From Salinisphaeraceae bacterium (GTDB lineage Bacteria > Pseudomonadota > Gammaproteobacteria > Nevskiales > Salinisphaeraceae), in assembly GCA_035301185.1 (NCBI GenBank), contig DATGUT010000033.1, forward strand, positions 1 to 26,152: a DNA stretch of 26,152 nucleotides, read 5' to 3'. The notes under the pieces are model-generated. The model saw only the letters and a program-made list of their open reading frames with translations, ran no database searches and was not told the DNA's origin. Position numbers and translations under genes: made by a program. Numbering within the stretch: position 1 is the first letter of the stretch; each line of letters begins with the position of its first letter. Of the stretch, positions 1-10,157 are shown one piece after another.

Positions 1-87
1 CAAAACGGATTCAGTTTGGCGCCGCGAAGGCTAGCACAGCATTATCTCTGGTGCGAAGCAGACGCAAGCGTAGTATCAGGGCATGCC

Positions 88-558
88 CTAGTGGGTCGCG
101 GCGGGTTGCTCGGCGTGCAGCAGCGCCTCCATGTGCGCGAACGCCTCGTCTTCGCCGTTGCTCGACAGGATCATCATGACGACCCATTTCAATTGTTCAA
201 CCGTGATCGCGCTGTCGTCGTTGTCGGCCAGTGCCAGCAGGCGATCGATGACGGTCTCGCGCGCGGCAGCCGTCAGCACGCCGCAATGCTGCAGCCGCGC
301 CAGATAGCCCTGGCAGGCCGGCGACAGCAGCTGCTGTTCAAGTGGGCTGTACAAACGCAGCGCCTGGTCGTCCGGGCGCGAGCATAAGGTCTGGCGGTCG
401 GCCTGACTGGCGCGGATCCAGCTCAGCGCATCATCGATTTCCTCGGGGAAGAAGCCCGCCTCATTCAGATCAGCACGCAGGCGCGACGCGTGCGCACTAT
501 CCGGCATGGGAAAGTGTTCGAACAGATAAAGCAGCACGTCGAGCAGGTTTTCGTTCAT
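88..558 (-). CDS. smg: Smg / DUF494 family protein
   Basis: MNENLLDVLLYLFEH start, AGF..EEI..AL.W, LRLYSPLEQ and LKWVVMMIL motifs; canonical position downstream of dprA. ATG at 558 preferred over the GTG at 564. Confidence 0.9.
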   Translation of the reverse strand: MNENLLDVLLYLFEHFPMPDSAHASRLRADLNEAGFFPEEIDDALSWIRASQADRQTLCSRPDDQALRLYSPLEQQLLSPACQGYLARLQHCGVLTAAARETVIDRLLALADNDDSAITVEQLKWVVMMILSSNGEDEAFAHMEALLHAEQPAATH

Positions 559-713
559 GGTCACTCATTAAAATGAATTAGCGCGTTGCGGCCGTGCCAA
601 GCGGCCGGGTGGCGACAAAGGCTCGCGCTAGTGTAGCCAGATGCAGCTGCCCGCGACAATGCAGCCGCGTCAACCGCCGGCCGCGGCGGGTCGGATTCGC
701 TGCGCCGCGAACT

Positions 714-1826
714 TCATTGCGCCCGCATGTAGGCGCCGCCTGGCATGGTGACGACCTGGCCCTGCAACTCCAGGATCAGCAGGGTCGAGGCGACGGCATC
801 GGCCGGCCAGCCGGTGCGCTCGACCAGGTCGTCAATGCGCGCCGGTGCGTGGCCCAGCGCCGCCAATAATTGCTCGTCATCGCTGCTCAGGTCTGCACCG
901 GTCGCTGCGGATGCAGCGTCGCTGTCGCCGGCCGGCGCCTGCAGCTCGCTGCCGGCCTGGGCCAGCGTCGGCAGGATGTCTTCATACACGTCGGCGGCGG
1001 TTTCCACCAGCTTGGCGCCTTCGCGGATCAGCTGGTGACAGCCGCGCGCCAGCGGGTTGTGCACCGAGCCGGGCACGGCGAACACTTCGCGTCCGGCCTC
1101 CAGCGCCATGCGCGCCGTGATCAGCGAGCCGGAGGCGCGCGCCGCCTCGATCACCAGGGTGCCGGCGCTGAGTCCGGCGATGATGCGGTTGCGCCGCGGG
1201 AAGTTGCCGCGCGCCGGCAGCGTGCCGAGATTGAATTCGGACACCAGCAGGCCGCTGGCGGCAATACGCTCCGCCAGTTTCTTGTTGGCCGCGGGATAGA
1301 CGCGATCGAGGCCGGTGGCGCACACGGCAATGGTCATGCCATCGGCGGCGAGCGCGCCTTCGTGCGCGGCGGCATCGATGCCGCGCGCGAGGCCGGAGAC
1401 GATGACAAAGCCACTGCTGGCCAGCTGGCCGGCGAAATCGCGCGCGTGCGCGACGCCGGCCGGGGTCGGGTTGCGGCTGCCGACGATGGCGATGGCCGGG
1501 CGCGTGAGCAGCTCGCTGTCGCCGATGGCGTAAAGCCACAACGGCGCCTGCTCCAGCGCTGCCAGGGCGGCTGGAAAATGCGGATGCGCGGGGGTCACCA
1601 GCGCATGCCCGTCATGTTCCAGCCACGCTTCGGTGCGCTCGATGAGCGCCGTATCCGGCTGGCCGCGGTGCGCGTGCAGGTTGCGTGGCAGGCCGAGCGC
1701 GGCCCAGCCGGCGGCATCGCCGTGCAGGGCCGCTGCCGGACTGCCATAGTGTGCCACCAGCCGAGCGGCGCGGGTGGCGCCAATCCCGGGTATGCAGGCC
1801 AGTCGTATCCAGTCGCCGGTGCTCAC
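714..1826 (-). CDS. dprA: DNA-processing protein DprA (Smf)
   Basis: AIVGSRNPT, VSGLARGIDAAAH, FPRRNRIIAGL, SGSLITA and GREVFAVPG motifs; C-terminal winged-helix-like tail; GTG start. Confidence 0.96.
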   Translation of the reverse strand: MSTGDWIRLACIPGIGATRAARLVAHYGSPAAALHGDAAGWAALGLPRNLHAHRGQPDTALIERTEAWLEHDGHALVTPAHPHFPAALAALEQAPLWLYAIGDSELLTRPAIAIVGSRNPTPAGVAHARDFAGQLASSGFVIVSGLARGIDAAAHEGALAADGMTIAVCATGLDRVYPAANKKLAERIAASGLLVSEFNLGTLPARGNFPRRNRIIAGLSAGTLVIEAARASGSLITARMALEAGREVFAVPGSVHNPLARGCHQLIREGAKLVETAADVYEDILPTLAQAGSELQAPAGDSDAASAATGADLSSDDEQLLAALGHAPARIDDLVERTGWPADAVASTLLILELQGQVVTMPGGAYMRAQ

Positions 1827-1832
1827 TACAGG

Positions 1833-2969
1833 CTAGGCGCCGGGGGCGCGCACCAGATCATGTTTGCGCACCGGATGCGAGGCGTCGAGGATAATGCCGA
1901 GACTGAGCTTCTGGCCGACATCAAATACCATGAGCACGCCAGTGGTTAGTGCCGGCAATTCAACCATATCCTTTTGGATTGGATCCTGTACCCTGGTCGG
2001 CATGCGCAGGATTTGCAGCAGATTGCCGCGCCGCAGGCCATCCTGCTCGCCGAGATTGAGGATGACAACCTCGTACTGGCCGAGAATCATGGCGTCGCTG
2101 TAGGTGGCGATGATTTTGCCAGCCACGGGCTGCGTCGGCGCGCGCAACTCGAAGTCGCTGACTTCGATGCGCGTGCGCGCCGGCAGCAGGCGATCACCGG
2201 GATGGGTTTCGCGCTTGCTGCCTGTGATGCGGCCAGTGGCGATATCGGCGCCGCGGTCGATGATCTGCAGGCGGCCCGTGGGCAGGGCCAGAATGCCGAG
2301 TTGCTGGCGCTGGTCGAGATCGTACAATGGCTCGTCCGGATGCACGATATCGAGCTGCAGCGGATCATCGGCACGCAGGCCGCGAATGAAGGCCAAGGTG
2401 CGCTCGCCGCCGATCAGGTGGCCATTCTTGAAGCTGACGATATGCGGCGCCTGCGCCAGTTCTTCCTTGGACAGTACGTAGGGCGCGTTGAGCATGGCCT
2501 CGATGGCCGCGGCTGGAATCGTGGCGATCGGCTGATCGAGCGGCGACTCGCGCACGCGTGGCGAGAGTATCACGGCCGGCCGCTGGTCGACATTGGTCAG
2601 CAGCAGCACGTCGCCTGGATAAATCAGATGCGGATTCCTTATATCCTGGTTTTCGTACCATACTTCCGGCCAATACCAGGCCCTGTCCAGGAAATGATTG
2701 GCGATGTCCCACAGCGTATCACCTTCCTTGACCACATAGCGCAGCGACGCATCACTGCGCAGCGCCTGGCGCAATTGCGCGTCGCTGACCAGTTCGGCAG
2801 ACGGTGGCGCGGTTTGTCCCAGTGGCGTGATCGTGGCCTCATCCGCTGGATTGGCAGCGCGATCGGCGTCGGCGCGCGTGGCGCAGCCGCTCAGCGCCAG
2901 GCTGGCCAGCAGCGCGATGCCAGTGCATGCGAGCCTCGTGATCCGTCTTAAATCGTTATAATCCTGCAT
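1833..2969 (-). CDS. LysM peptidoglycan-binding protein, TsaP-like, probable lipoprotein
   Basis: LysM motif YVVKEGDTLWDIA...NPHLIYPGD; hydrophobic leader ending LSG-C29; conserved position between def and dprA. Start moved to ATG 2969 (MQDYND). Confidence 0.85.
   Translation of the reverse strand: MQDYNDLRRITRLACTGIALLASLALSGCATRADADRAANPADEATITPLGQTAPPSAELVSDAQLRQALRSDASLRYVVKEGDTLWDIANHFLDRAWYWPEVWYENQDIRNPHLIYPGDVLLLTNVDQRPAVILSPRVRESPLDQPIATIPAAAIEAMLNAPYVLSKEELAQAPHIVSFKNGHLIGGERTLAFIRGLRADDPLQLDIVHPDEPLYDLDQRQQLGILALPTGRLQIIDRGADIATGRITGSKRETHPGDRLLPARTRIEVSDFELRAPTQPVAGKIIATYSDAMILGQYEVVILNLGEQDGLRRGNLLQILRMPTRVQDPIQKDMVELPALTTGVLMVFDVGQKLSLGIILDASHPVRKHDLVRAPGA
2957..2962 (+). promoter_or_regulatory. 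Perfect TATAAT, possible sigma70 -10 for def
   Basis: TATAAT at 2957-2962, about 120 bp upstream of the def ATG, inside the first codons of the antisense LysM gene; no good -35 seen. Confidence 0.3.
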
Positions 2970-3080
2970 TGCAATGTGCCCCCCTTGGCAATTTTGATTA
3001 TTCTGCGTGCCGAAGCTGCGGCATGGTGCCAATCAGCAACCGCTACGGCCCCGACGCAACCCCAATACGACAAGTAATAT

Positions 3081-3590
3081 ATGGCGATTCTCGAGATTTT
3101 GCACTTCCCCGATCCGCGCCTGCGCGAGCAGGCGCAGTCTATACAAGTTTTTGATGACGCGCTGTCGCGCTTCATCGACGACATGTTCGAGACCATGTAC
3201 GACGCCCCTGGTGTCGGCCTGGCCGCGACCCAAGTCGGTGTGGCCCAGCGGGTGGCGGTCATGGATTGCTCCGAAGACAAGAACCAGCCCATCGTCATGT
3301 GCAATCCCGAGATCATCGACATGCGCGAACTGGAAACCGTGGAAGAGGGCTGCCTGTCGGTGCCGGATCACTACGATCGTGTGCAGCGCTACAGCTGGGT
3401 CGCCTTCAAGGCGCAGGATCGCGCTGGCACAGCGTATGAGATGGAGGCCGAAGGCCTGCTCGCCCAATGCGTGCAGCATGAAACCGCGCATCTCAATGGC
3501 GAGCTGTATATCGACAAGCTGTCGCGGCTGAAGCGCGATCGCATCCGCCGCAAGCTGCTCAAGGCGCGGCGCCAGGCCGCCACGGGCTGA
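3081..3590 (+). CDS. def: Peptide deformylase
   Basis: All three PDF motifs: GVGLAATQ, EGCLS, QHETAHLNG. Confidence 0.97.
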   Translation: MAILEILHFPDPRLREQAQSIQVFDDALSRFIDDMFETMYDAPGVGLAATQVGVAQRVAVMDCSEDKNQPIVMCNPEIIDMRELETVEEGCLSVPDHYDRVQRYSWVAFKAQDRAGTAYEMEAEGLLAQCVQHETAHLNGELYIDKLSRLKRDRIRRKLLKARRQAATG

Positions 3591-3593
3591 GCG

Positions 3594-4517
3594 ATGCGCA
3601 TTGTCTTTGCCGGCACGCCCGAGTTCGCGCTGCCCAGCCTGGATGCGTTGGCCGCATCCGCGCACGAGCTGGCCGGCGTGCTCACCCAGCCCGATCGCCC
3701 GGCGGGGCGTGGGCGCAAGCTCACACCAACCCCGGTCAAGCAACGCGCGCTGGAGCTTGGTTTGCCTGTGCAGGAGCCGACCAGCCTCAAGCAGGCCGCA
3801 GCGGTTGCGGCCCTGCAAGAGTTGCAGCCGGAGGTCATTGTGGTGGTTGCCTATGGCTTGCTGCTGCCGCAGCCGGTGCTGGAGCTGCCGCGCCATGGTT
3901 GCATCAATCTGCATCCCTCGCTGCTGCCGCGCTGGCGTGGCGCGGCGCCGATCGAGCGCGCGGTGCTCGCCGGCGATGCAGAGACCGGCGTCAGCATCAT
4001 GCAGGTCGACAGCGGTCTCGACAGCGGTCCGGTGCTGCTCAGCCGCACGCTGGCCATCGAAGCTGGCATGACCTCGGGCGATCTGCATGCTCGCCTGGCC
4101 ACCATGGGCGCCGCGGCTTTGCTGCAGGTGCTTGCCGAGCTGCCGCGGGGGCTGCGCGCCACGCCACAGGACGAGGCCGCGGCGACCTATGCCGAGCGCT
4201 TGAGCAAACAGGAAGCGCGCATCGACTGGCAGACGGATGCCAGTGCCGTGGCGCGTGCCGTATGCGGTTACGCGCCGTGGCCGGTGGCATTCACCTTGCT
4301 CGACGGCCAGCCGCTGCGCATTTGGCGCGCCCAGGCCCTGCCTGGCACCAGCGCTGCCCCGGCCGGCACGGTCGTGGCCGCCGCGGCCGAGGGCATCGAC
4401 GTGGCCTGTGGCCGCGGCCTGCTGCGTGTGCAGGAGTTGCAATTGCCGGGCAAGCGGCGCATGGATGCCGCCAGTGCCGTCAACGGCCGCGCCTGGCTCG
4501 GGCTGCATTTTGACTGA
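3594..4517 (+). CDS. fmt: Methionyl-tRNA formyltransferase
   Basis: MRIVFAGTPEFA, TQPDRPAGRG, INLHPSLLPRWRGAAPI; follows def by 3 bp. Confidence 0.97.
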   Translation: MRIVFAGTPEFALPSLDALAASAHELAGVLTQPDRPAGRGRKLTPTPVKQRALELGLPVQEPTSLKQAAAVAALQELQPEVIVVVAYGLLLPQPVLELPRHGCINLHPSLLPRWRGAAPIERAVLAGDAETGVSIMQVDSGLDSGPVLLSRTLAIEAGMTSGDLHARLATMGAAALLQVLAELPRGLRATPQDEAAATYAERLSKQEARIDWQTDASAVARAVCGYAPWPVAFTLLDGQPLRIWRAQALPGTSAAPAGTVVAAAAEGIDVACGRGLLRVQELQLPGKRRMDAASAVNGRAWLGLHFD

Positions 4518-5808
4518 TGGCGCGGCGCCACGCGCTGCCGCCGCGCGTGCGGTGGCGGCAGTCATGGCTGCCGGGCGCAGCCTGGATGTCGCGCTGGCGC
4601 AGCAGCAACACAAGCTGTCTGACAAGGATCGCGCGCTCATGCAGGCACTGGCCTATGGCGTGGTGCGCGAGCATCGCTTGTTGTTGGCATTGCTGCAGCC
4701 GCTGCTCAAGCGCGCGCCGCAGCCGCTGTTGCAGGCATTGCTGCTGGTTGGCGTATATCAGCTGCGCGCCATGCGCATTCCAGCACATGCGGCGGTGCAT
4801 GCCACGGTGGCGGCGGCGCCGACGCTCAAGCTGGGCCGGGCGCGCGGCATGATCAATGCCGTGCTGCGCCGTTACCAGCGTGAGTACAAGCGCCTGGAAC
4901 AGGCATTGCCAGTGTCGCCGGCGGTGCGCACATCGCATCCCGACTGGCTGGTTGAGCGCCTCGGCCAGGACTGGTCGCAGCAGAGCGCGGCGCTGCTGGC
5001 GGCCAACAACGAGCCGGCGCCCATGCACCTGCGCGTCAATCGCCGGCGCACCAGCCGCAGTGCATATCTGCAGACATTGGCCGCCGCCGGCATCGATGCC
5101 GAGCCGGCCGCGCATGCGCCGGATGGTCTGACCCTGGCGCAGCCGCAGCCGGCCGCGACCCTGCCCGGTTTTGCCGATGGCACCGTATCGGTGCAGGACT
5201 GCGCCGCACAGCAGGCGGTGGATTTGCTGGCGCTCGCCGACGGCCAACGAGTGCTGGATGCCTGCGCCGCGCCGGGCAACAAGACGGCGCACATGCTGGA
5301 GCGAGCTGAGATCGATCTGCTGGCACTGGACGTAGCACCGGCGCGCCTGCAGACATTGCAGGCGAATCTGGCGCGCCTGCAGCTGCAGGCCACGGTGCGC
5401 ACGGGCGATGCCACCCGGCCCGCCGAGTGGTGGGATGGCCAGCCGTTCGCGCGCATCCTGCTGGATGCACCCTGCAGCGGCACCGGCGTGATTCGCCGTC
5501 ATCCCGACATCAAGTGGCTGCGCCGGCCCGGCGACATCCAGGCCGCAGTCCGGCGCCAGCGCCTGCTGCTGGATGCGCTGTGGCCGCTGCTGGCGCCGGA
5601 CGGGCTGCTGGTTTACGCCACCTGTTCGCTGCTGCGCGCCGAAGGTGCGGCCGTGGTGCAGGATTTTCTCGCCGCCACGCCGGCCGTCGCACAAGCGCCG
5701 ATCAGCGCAGCCTGGGGCGAGGCCGAAGCCGTCGGCCGCCGCATCGCGCCCGGCGCGGACGGTTGCGACGGTTTCTACTACGCCTGTATCCGGCGCCGTG
5801 CCGATTAG
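4510..5808 (+). CDS. rsmB: 16S rRNA m5C967 methyltransferase RsmB (Sun)
   Basis: NusB-like N-terminus, [32 protein letters not shown]. Probable TTG start at 4510 overlapping the fmt stop; start is inferred. Confidence 0.93.
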   Translation: MTDGAAPRAAAARAVAAVMAAGRSLDVALAQQQHKLSDKDRALMQALAYGVVREHRLLLALLQPLLKRAPQPLLQALLLVGVYQLRAMRIPAHAAVHATVAAAPTLKLGRARGMINAVLRRYQREYKRLEQALPVSPAVRTSHPDWLVERLGQDWSQQSAALLAANNEPAPMHLRVNRRRTSRSAYLQTLAAAGIDAEPAAHAPDGLTLAQPQPAATLPGFADGTVSVQDCAAQQAVDLLALADGQRVLDACAAPGNKTAHMLERAEIDLLALDVAPARLQTLQANLARLQLQATVRTGDATRPAEWWDGQPFARILLDAPCSGTGVIRRHPDIKWLRRPGDIQAAVRRQRLLLDALWPLLAPDGLLVYATCSLLRAEGAAVVQDFLAATPAVAQAPISAAWGEAEAVGRRIAPGADGCDGFYYACIRRRAD

Positions 5809-6590
5809 CTGTAGATGGCATCACGCACGACGACGCCGCGCTCGGCCAGATAACTCTTGGCTTGCTGCACGGTGATTTCGCGGTAATGGAAGATCGACGC
5901 CGCCAGCACGCCATCAGCATGGCCAAGCGCCAAGCCTTCGTATAAATGCTCCATCGTGCCGACGCCGCCGGAGGCAATTACTGGCACTTCCACGCGATCG
6001 GCAATGGCGCGCGTGAGTTCGAGATCAAACCCCGACTTGGTGCCATCCCTGTCCATGCTCGTCACCAGCAGCTCGCCGGCGCCGTAGTCGGCGAGCTGCT
6101 GTGCCCAGGCCAGCGCATCCAGACCAGTGGCCTTGCGCCCGCCGTGGGTGAATACCTCCCAGTGTGGAGCGGCTTCGCCGGCCGCCGCCTGTTTGGCGTC
6201 AATGGCGCCGACAATGCATTGGTTGCCATAGCGGGCGGCGGCTTCACGAATCAGCTCGGGATCGGCGATCGCCGCCGAATTAATGGCCACCTTGTCGGCG
6301 CCGCAGGACAGCAGCCGTTGAATGTCCGCCAGGCTGCGCACGCCGCCACCTACGGCGAGCGGGATGAAGATTTCGTCGGCCACGCGCTGCACCAGGTCGA
6401 ACAGCGTGTCGCGGCCCTCGTGACTGGCCGCGATATCGAGCAGGATCAGTTCGTCGGCGCCGGCCTGGTCGTAGCTGCGCGCCAGTTCCACCGGATCGCC
6501 GGCCTGCTTCAGATCGACAAAGCGCGTGCCCTTGACCACCTGGCCATTCTTGACATCCAGGCAGGGAATGATGCGTTTCGCCAGCGTCAT
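5805..6590 (-). CDS. hisF: Imidazole glycerol phosphate synthase cyclase subunit
   Basis: [37 protein letters not shown]; stop overlaps the convergent rsmB stop by 4 bp. Confidence 0.97.
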   Translation of the reverse strand: MTLAKRIIPCLDVKNGQVVKGTRFVDLKQAGDPVELARSYDQAGADELILLDIAASHEGRDTLFDLVQRVADEIFIPLAVGGGVRSLADIQRLLSCGADKVAINSAAIADPELIREAAARYGNQCIVGAIDAKQAAAGEAAPHWEVFTHGGRKATGLDALAWAQQLADYGAGELLVTSMDRDGTKSGFDLELTRAIADRVEVPVIASGGVGTMEHLYEGLALGHADGVLAASIFHYREITVQQAKSYLAERGVVVRDAIYS

Positions 6591-7327
6591 GCGTTTTCTG
6601 CTCCGGCAATCAGTTGCTGCGCGGCAGCGAAATCAAGCGTGCCCTCGTACAGCGCGCGGCCGATGATGGCGCCGCTGACACCGTCGCTTTCGGCATCCAG
6701 CAGGGCGCGGATGTCGTTGAGGTCGGTGACGCCACCGGAGGCGATGACCGGGATCGACAATTCCCTTGCCAGCGCCCGGGTGGCATCGATGTTGAGGCCC
6801 TGCATCATGCCGTCGCGGCGGATGTCGGTATGCACGATGGCGACCACGCCGTCCTGCTCGAACTGTTGCGCCAGTTCGGCGGCGGTGTTGCGCGACAGTT
6901 TCGACCAGCCGTCGGTGGCCACCTTGTCATCGCGCGTGTCCAGGCCGACGATGATGCGCCCCGGAAAGCCGATGCCGACATCGGAGACGAAATGCGGCTC
7001 CGACACTGCGCGCGTGCCGAGGATGATGAATTCGACGCCGAGGTCGAGATAGGTCTCGATGGCGGCTTCATCGCGAATGCCACCGCCGAGCTGCACCGGC
7101 GTGCTGCCAGCTGCCGCCACCATGCGTCCGATCAGCGCCTGGTTGACCGGTTCGCCGGCGCTGGCGCCATCCAAATCGACGATGTGAATGCGATCGGCGC
7201 CGGCCTCCACCCAGCGCGTGACCACGTTTTCGGGATTGTCATCGAACACGGTCACGTCGTCCATGCGCCCTTGGCGCAGGCGTACACATTGACCATCCTT
7301 GATATCAATTGCGGGAATCAACAACAC
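6587..7327 (-). CDS. hisA: ProFAR isomerase HisA
   Basis: [47 protein letters not shown]; 4-bp overlap with hisF. Confidence 0.97.
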   Translation of the reverse strand: MLLIPAIDIKDGQCVRLRQGRMDDVTVFDDNPENVVTRWVEAGADRIHIVDLDGASAGEPVNQALIGRMVAAAGSTPVQLGGGIRDEAAIETYLDLGVEFIILGTRAVSEPHFVSDVGIGFPGRIIVGLDTRDDKVATDGWSKLSRNTAAELAQQFEQDGVVAIVHTDIRRDGMMQGLNIDATRALARELSIPVIASGGVTDLNDIRALLDAESDGVSGAIIGRALYEGTLDFAAAQQLIAGAENA

Positions 7328-7348
7328 GTCCGTTGCCTCATCTCATTG

Positions 7349-7993
7349 TCAGGCACGACCGTCCCATTGCAGGAAATTGGCCAACAGCTGCAGGCCCGGG
7401 GATTGGCTTTTTTCGGGGTGAAACTGCACGGCGAATACGTTGTCGCGCAGCATGGCCGAAGCAAAGCGCCGGCCATATTCGGTGGTGCCGATTATATGTT
7501 TGCGATTGTCTGGCACTACATAATAACTGTGCACAAAATAGAACCAGCTGTCGGGCGCCACGTCCTGCCACAGCGGGTGTCCTCGCTCCTGTCGCACTTG
7601 ATTCCAGCCCATGTGCGGAATCTTGCGGCGTATACCATCGGCATGCGCGGTTGCTGGCGAAAAGCGCAAGGCATTGCCGGGAAAGGCGCCCAATGCCTTG
7701 ATGCCTTCGTTTTCCTCGGAGTGTGTCATTAACGCTTCGATGCCCAGGCAAATGCCCATGAGCGGCTTGCGGCCAATGGTCTGCATGAGCATGGCATCCA
7801 GCTCCAGCCGGTGCAACTCTGCCATGCAATAGCTGATCGCACCAACGCCAGGCAACACCAGCCGGTCCATGTGCGCGAGTGCATCCGGATCATAGCTGAT
7901 CTCGATTTGCTCATCCGTGGCCACATAGCGCAAGGCGTTGGCAATGGAATGCAGGTTACCCATGCCATAATCGATGATTCCGACTGTTGCCAT
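7349..7993 (-). CDS. hisH: Imidazole glycerol phosphate synthase glutamine amidotransferase subunit
   Basis: IIDYGMGNL, LPGVG, GICLG nucleophile Cys, FYFVHSY, QFHPEKS. Confidence 0.97.
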   Translation of the reverse strand: MATVGIIDYGMGNLHSIANALRYVATDEQIEISYDPDALAHMDRLVLPGVGAISYCMAELHRLELDAMLMQTIGRKPLMGICLGIEALMTHSEENEGIKALGAFPGNALRFSPATAHADGIRRKIPHMGWNQVRQERGHPLWQDVAPDSWFYFVHSYYVVPDNRKHIIGTTEYGRRFASAMLRDNVFAVQFHPEKSQSPGLQLLANFLQWDGRA

Positions 7994-8039
7994 AGCAATA
8001 CTTGGTCAGATGGGATGTTTTTCGGGTGGGGTGGTGAGG

Positions 8040-8642
8040 TCAGAGCAGGCCTTTGGTCGAGGGCATGCTGTCGCCGAGGCGCGCATCGCGACCGATGGCC
8101 ATGCGCAGCGCGCGGCCGAAGGCCTTGAACAGGGTTTCTGCAATATGATGGCTGTTGGCGCCCTTGAGTGCGTCCATGTGCAGCGTGACGCTGGCATGGT
8201 TGGCTAGGCCCTGGAAGAACTCGCGCACCAGTTCGGTATCGAACTCGCCGATGCGATCGCTTGGAAAACTGGCATGGTAGAACAGGCCAGGGCGCCCGGA
8301 CAGATCGATGACCACGCGCGCCAGGGCTTCGTCCAGAGGCACGTAGGCGTGGCCATAGCGGGTCAGCCCGCTTTTGTCGCCCCAGGCCCGCGCCAGCGCC
8401 TGGCCAATGCAGATGCCGACGTCTTCGACCGTATGATGGGCGTCGATGTGCAGATCGCCTGTGGCCTGGATCGACAGATCAAGCTGGCCATGGCGCGCGA
8501 TTTGTTCGAGCATGTGATCGAAGAAGCCGACCCCGGTTGAGCCTTCGAAACGGCCGCTGCCGTCGAGATCGAGACTGATGCGAATATCGGTTTCTCGAGT
8601 CTGCCGTGCGATGCTGGCACGGCGGGCGATCATGTTGGTCAT
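8040..8642 (-). CDS. hisB: Imidazoleglycerol-phosphate dehydratase (monofunctional, no phosphatase domain)
   Basis: [40 protein letters not shown]. Alternative start at 8633. Confidence 0.96.
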   Translation of the reverse strand: MTNMIARRASIARQTRETDIRISLDLDGSGRFEGSTGVGFFDHMLEQIARHGQLDLSIQATGDLHIDAHHTVEDVGICIGQALARAWGDKSGLTRYGHAYVPLDEALARVVIDLSGRPGLFYHASFPSDRIGEFDTELVREFFQGLANHASVTLHMDALKGANSHHIAETLFKAFGRALRMAIGRDARLGDSMPSTKGLL

Positions 8643-8693
8643 AACCTGGTCATTGGCCTGTTTGGCAAACGCGCGATGATACGCGCAGCGCTC

Positions 8694-8699
8694 ATTCTA
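8694..8699 (-). promoter_or_regulatory. Candidate -10 (TAGAAT) for hisBHAF
   Basis: TAGAAT on the minus strand about 50 bp upstream of hisB in the 117-bp dtd-hisB gap; no convincing -35 at 17 bp. Confidence 0.35.
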
Positions 8700-8759
8700 C
8701 GCCAATTGCCGCGGCCTCGGCGGCAACAGATCCGGAGCCGTGCTGCACGAGCGGCGCAT

Positions 8760-9197
8760 TCAGCTTTGCAGCCAGAATGTGACCGGGCCGTCGTTGACGA
8801 GTGCGACTTGCATGTCGGCACCAAAGCGGCCCAGTGCGACCGGCACCGCTCCCTGGGCAAGCGCATCAGCGAACACGTTGAACAAATGCTCTGCCGGCGC
8901 CCCGGCCAGGGCGCGGGAAAAGCCGGGGCGATTGCCACGCCGGGTATCGGCGGCGAGCGTGAACTGCGGCACGGCGAGGATGGCGCCGCCGGCCTGGGCC
9001 ACGTTCAGGTTCATGCGGCCTTCGGTGTCACTGAACAGGCGATAGCTGCCGACGCGCTCGGCCAGGCGCCGGGCGCGGGCCTCGTCGTCGTCGCGTTCGG
9101 CGGCCACCAGCGCCAGGATGCCGCGCTCGATGGCGGCCACGGTTGTGCCGTCAATGGCAACAGAGGCACTTCGCACGCGCTGCAGCAGGGCAATCAT
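8760..9197 (-). CDS. dtd: D-aminoacyl-tRNA deacylase
   Basis: MIALLQRV start, QFTLAAD, GRFGADMQVALVNDGPVT; 145 aa from ATG 9197, overlapping the thrB stop by 4 bp. Confidence 0.95.
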   Translation of the reverse strand: MIALLQRVRSASVAIDGTTVAAIERGILALVAAERDDDEARARRLAERVGSYRLFSDTEGRMNLNVAQAGGAILAVPQFTLAADTRRGNRPGFSRALAGAPAEHLFNVFADALAQGAVPVALGRFGADMQVALVNDGPVTFWLQS

Positions 9198-10156
9198 GCC
9201 GGCTCCGGCAACAGAGCGGGCGGCATCGTCCGATGCAGGCGCAGCAAGCGTTCGTAAGGTGCGGGGTCGTGCATTTGGCTGGCATCGCCGTTTATCGGGA
9301 AATGGTAGTCGTAAAGACGTGAAGCCCAGAAGCGCAGCGCCGCGGCGCGCAGCATGGCCGGCCAGGCGCGCTGCTCGACCGCAGTCAGCGCGCGCTGCGC
9401 GCCGTAGGCGTGGATGAACGCCTGCCAGCGCGCGGGCAGGAAGCGGATGGCGGCATCGAAACACCAGTCGTTGCAGATGATGGCCAGGTCGAACAGCAGG
9501 TAGTCGTGGCAGGCATAATAGAAATCGATGATGCCAGAGACCCGATGGCCAGCGAACAAGACATTGTCGCGAAAAATGTCGGCGTGGATCACAGCCTGCG
9601 CCAGCTGTTGCCAGTCAGCGCTGGCGGCAAACTCGTTCTGCGCCGCGATTTCATCCTGCAGCAAGGCTGCGGTATCGGCATCCAGACGCGGCTCGAGCGC
9701 GGCCGCGGCCTCGCGTATCCAGGGCAGGCCGCGGGTATTTTGCTGGCGCACGGATAGTGTTTTCGCTGCCCTGTGCATGGCCGCGACCACTTCACCCAAG
9801 GCACGGCATTGGGCCAGGTCTGGCTGTTCGATACTCGCACCCTGCAGCAGATAGACCAGCGCCGCCGGGCGCTCGCACACGGTGCTTAGAAAACCGCCAT
9901 CGTTGCGCAGCACCGGATGCGCGCTGGGAATGCCGTGGGCCGAGAAGTGATCCATCACGGTCATGAAAAAAGGCAGGGCGGCGGCCGTCATGTGCTCGAA
10001 CAGGGTCAGCACCCAGCGGCCGTGGCTGGTGGTGACGAAGTAATTGGTGTTGGTAATGCCGCTGGCAATGCCCTCGAAGCCTTGCAGGCTGCCGATGTCG
10101 TATTGGGCCAGCAGCGTCTCCAGGTCGGCTCTTGTTATCTTGGTATAGACTGCCAT
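9194..10156 (-). CDS. thrB: Homoserine kinase, APH-fold (Pseudomonas-type ThrB)
   Basis: MAVYT start, GITNTNYF, VLTLFE, IHADIFRDNVLF, IIDFY, AALRFWASRLYD. Confidence 0.92.
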   Translation of the reverse strand: MAVYTKITRADLETLLAQYDIGSLQGFEGIASGITNTNYFVTTSHGRWVLTLFEHMTAAALPFFMTVMDHFSAHGIPSAHPVLRNDGGFLSTVCERPAALVYLLQGASIEQPDLAQCRALGEVVAAMHRAAKTLSVRQQNTRGLPWIREAAAALEPRLDADTAALLQDEIAAQNEFAASADWQQLAQAVIHADIFRDNVLFAGHRVSGIIDFYYACHDYLLFDLAIICNDWCFDAAIRFLPARWQAFIHAYGAQRALTAVEQRAWPAMLRAAALRFWASRLYDYHFPINGDASQMHDPAPYERLLRLHRTMPPALLPEPA

Positions 10157-10157
10157 G

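Noticed and set aside
78-89. 12-bp palindrome AGGGCATGCCCT at the smg stop, partly shared with 14399-14409
   Set aside because: Only one full copy and no consistent position relative to promoters; not enough to call a REP or operator.
565-713. Hairpins in the dprA-smg gap (TAGCGCG/CGCGCTA, CCGCCG/CGGCGG) as an sRNA or terminator
   Set aside because: Short GC-rich stems without a U-tract are expected by chance at this GC content; no recognisable family.
4237-4509. N-terminal extensions in the ORF track (rsmB 4237, LysM 3032, dtd 9464, TPR 10565, hisI 13339, orphan 16758)
   Set aside because: They overlap neighbouring genes or promoters, and homology-like sequence begins only at the downstream starts.
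3033-4640. Long antisense ORFs (535 aa here; also 870-1949, 1974-2951, 4480-5694, 5946-7052, 6614-7732, 10805-11806, 21291-22154, 23107-23889)
   Set aside because: They shadow well-supported genes on the opposite strand, are Arg/Ala/Gly-rich with no motifs, and are expected from stop-codon scarcity in high-GC DNA.
8040-8642. HisB without a phosphatase domain and absence of hisG, hisD and hisC
   Set aside because: Monofunctional HisB and split his clusters are common outside enterobacteria.
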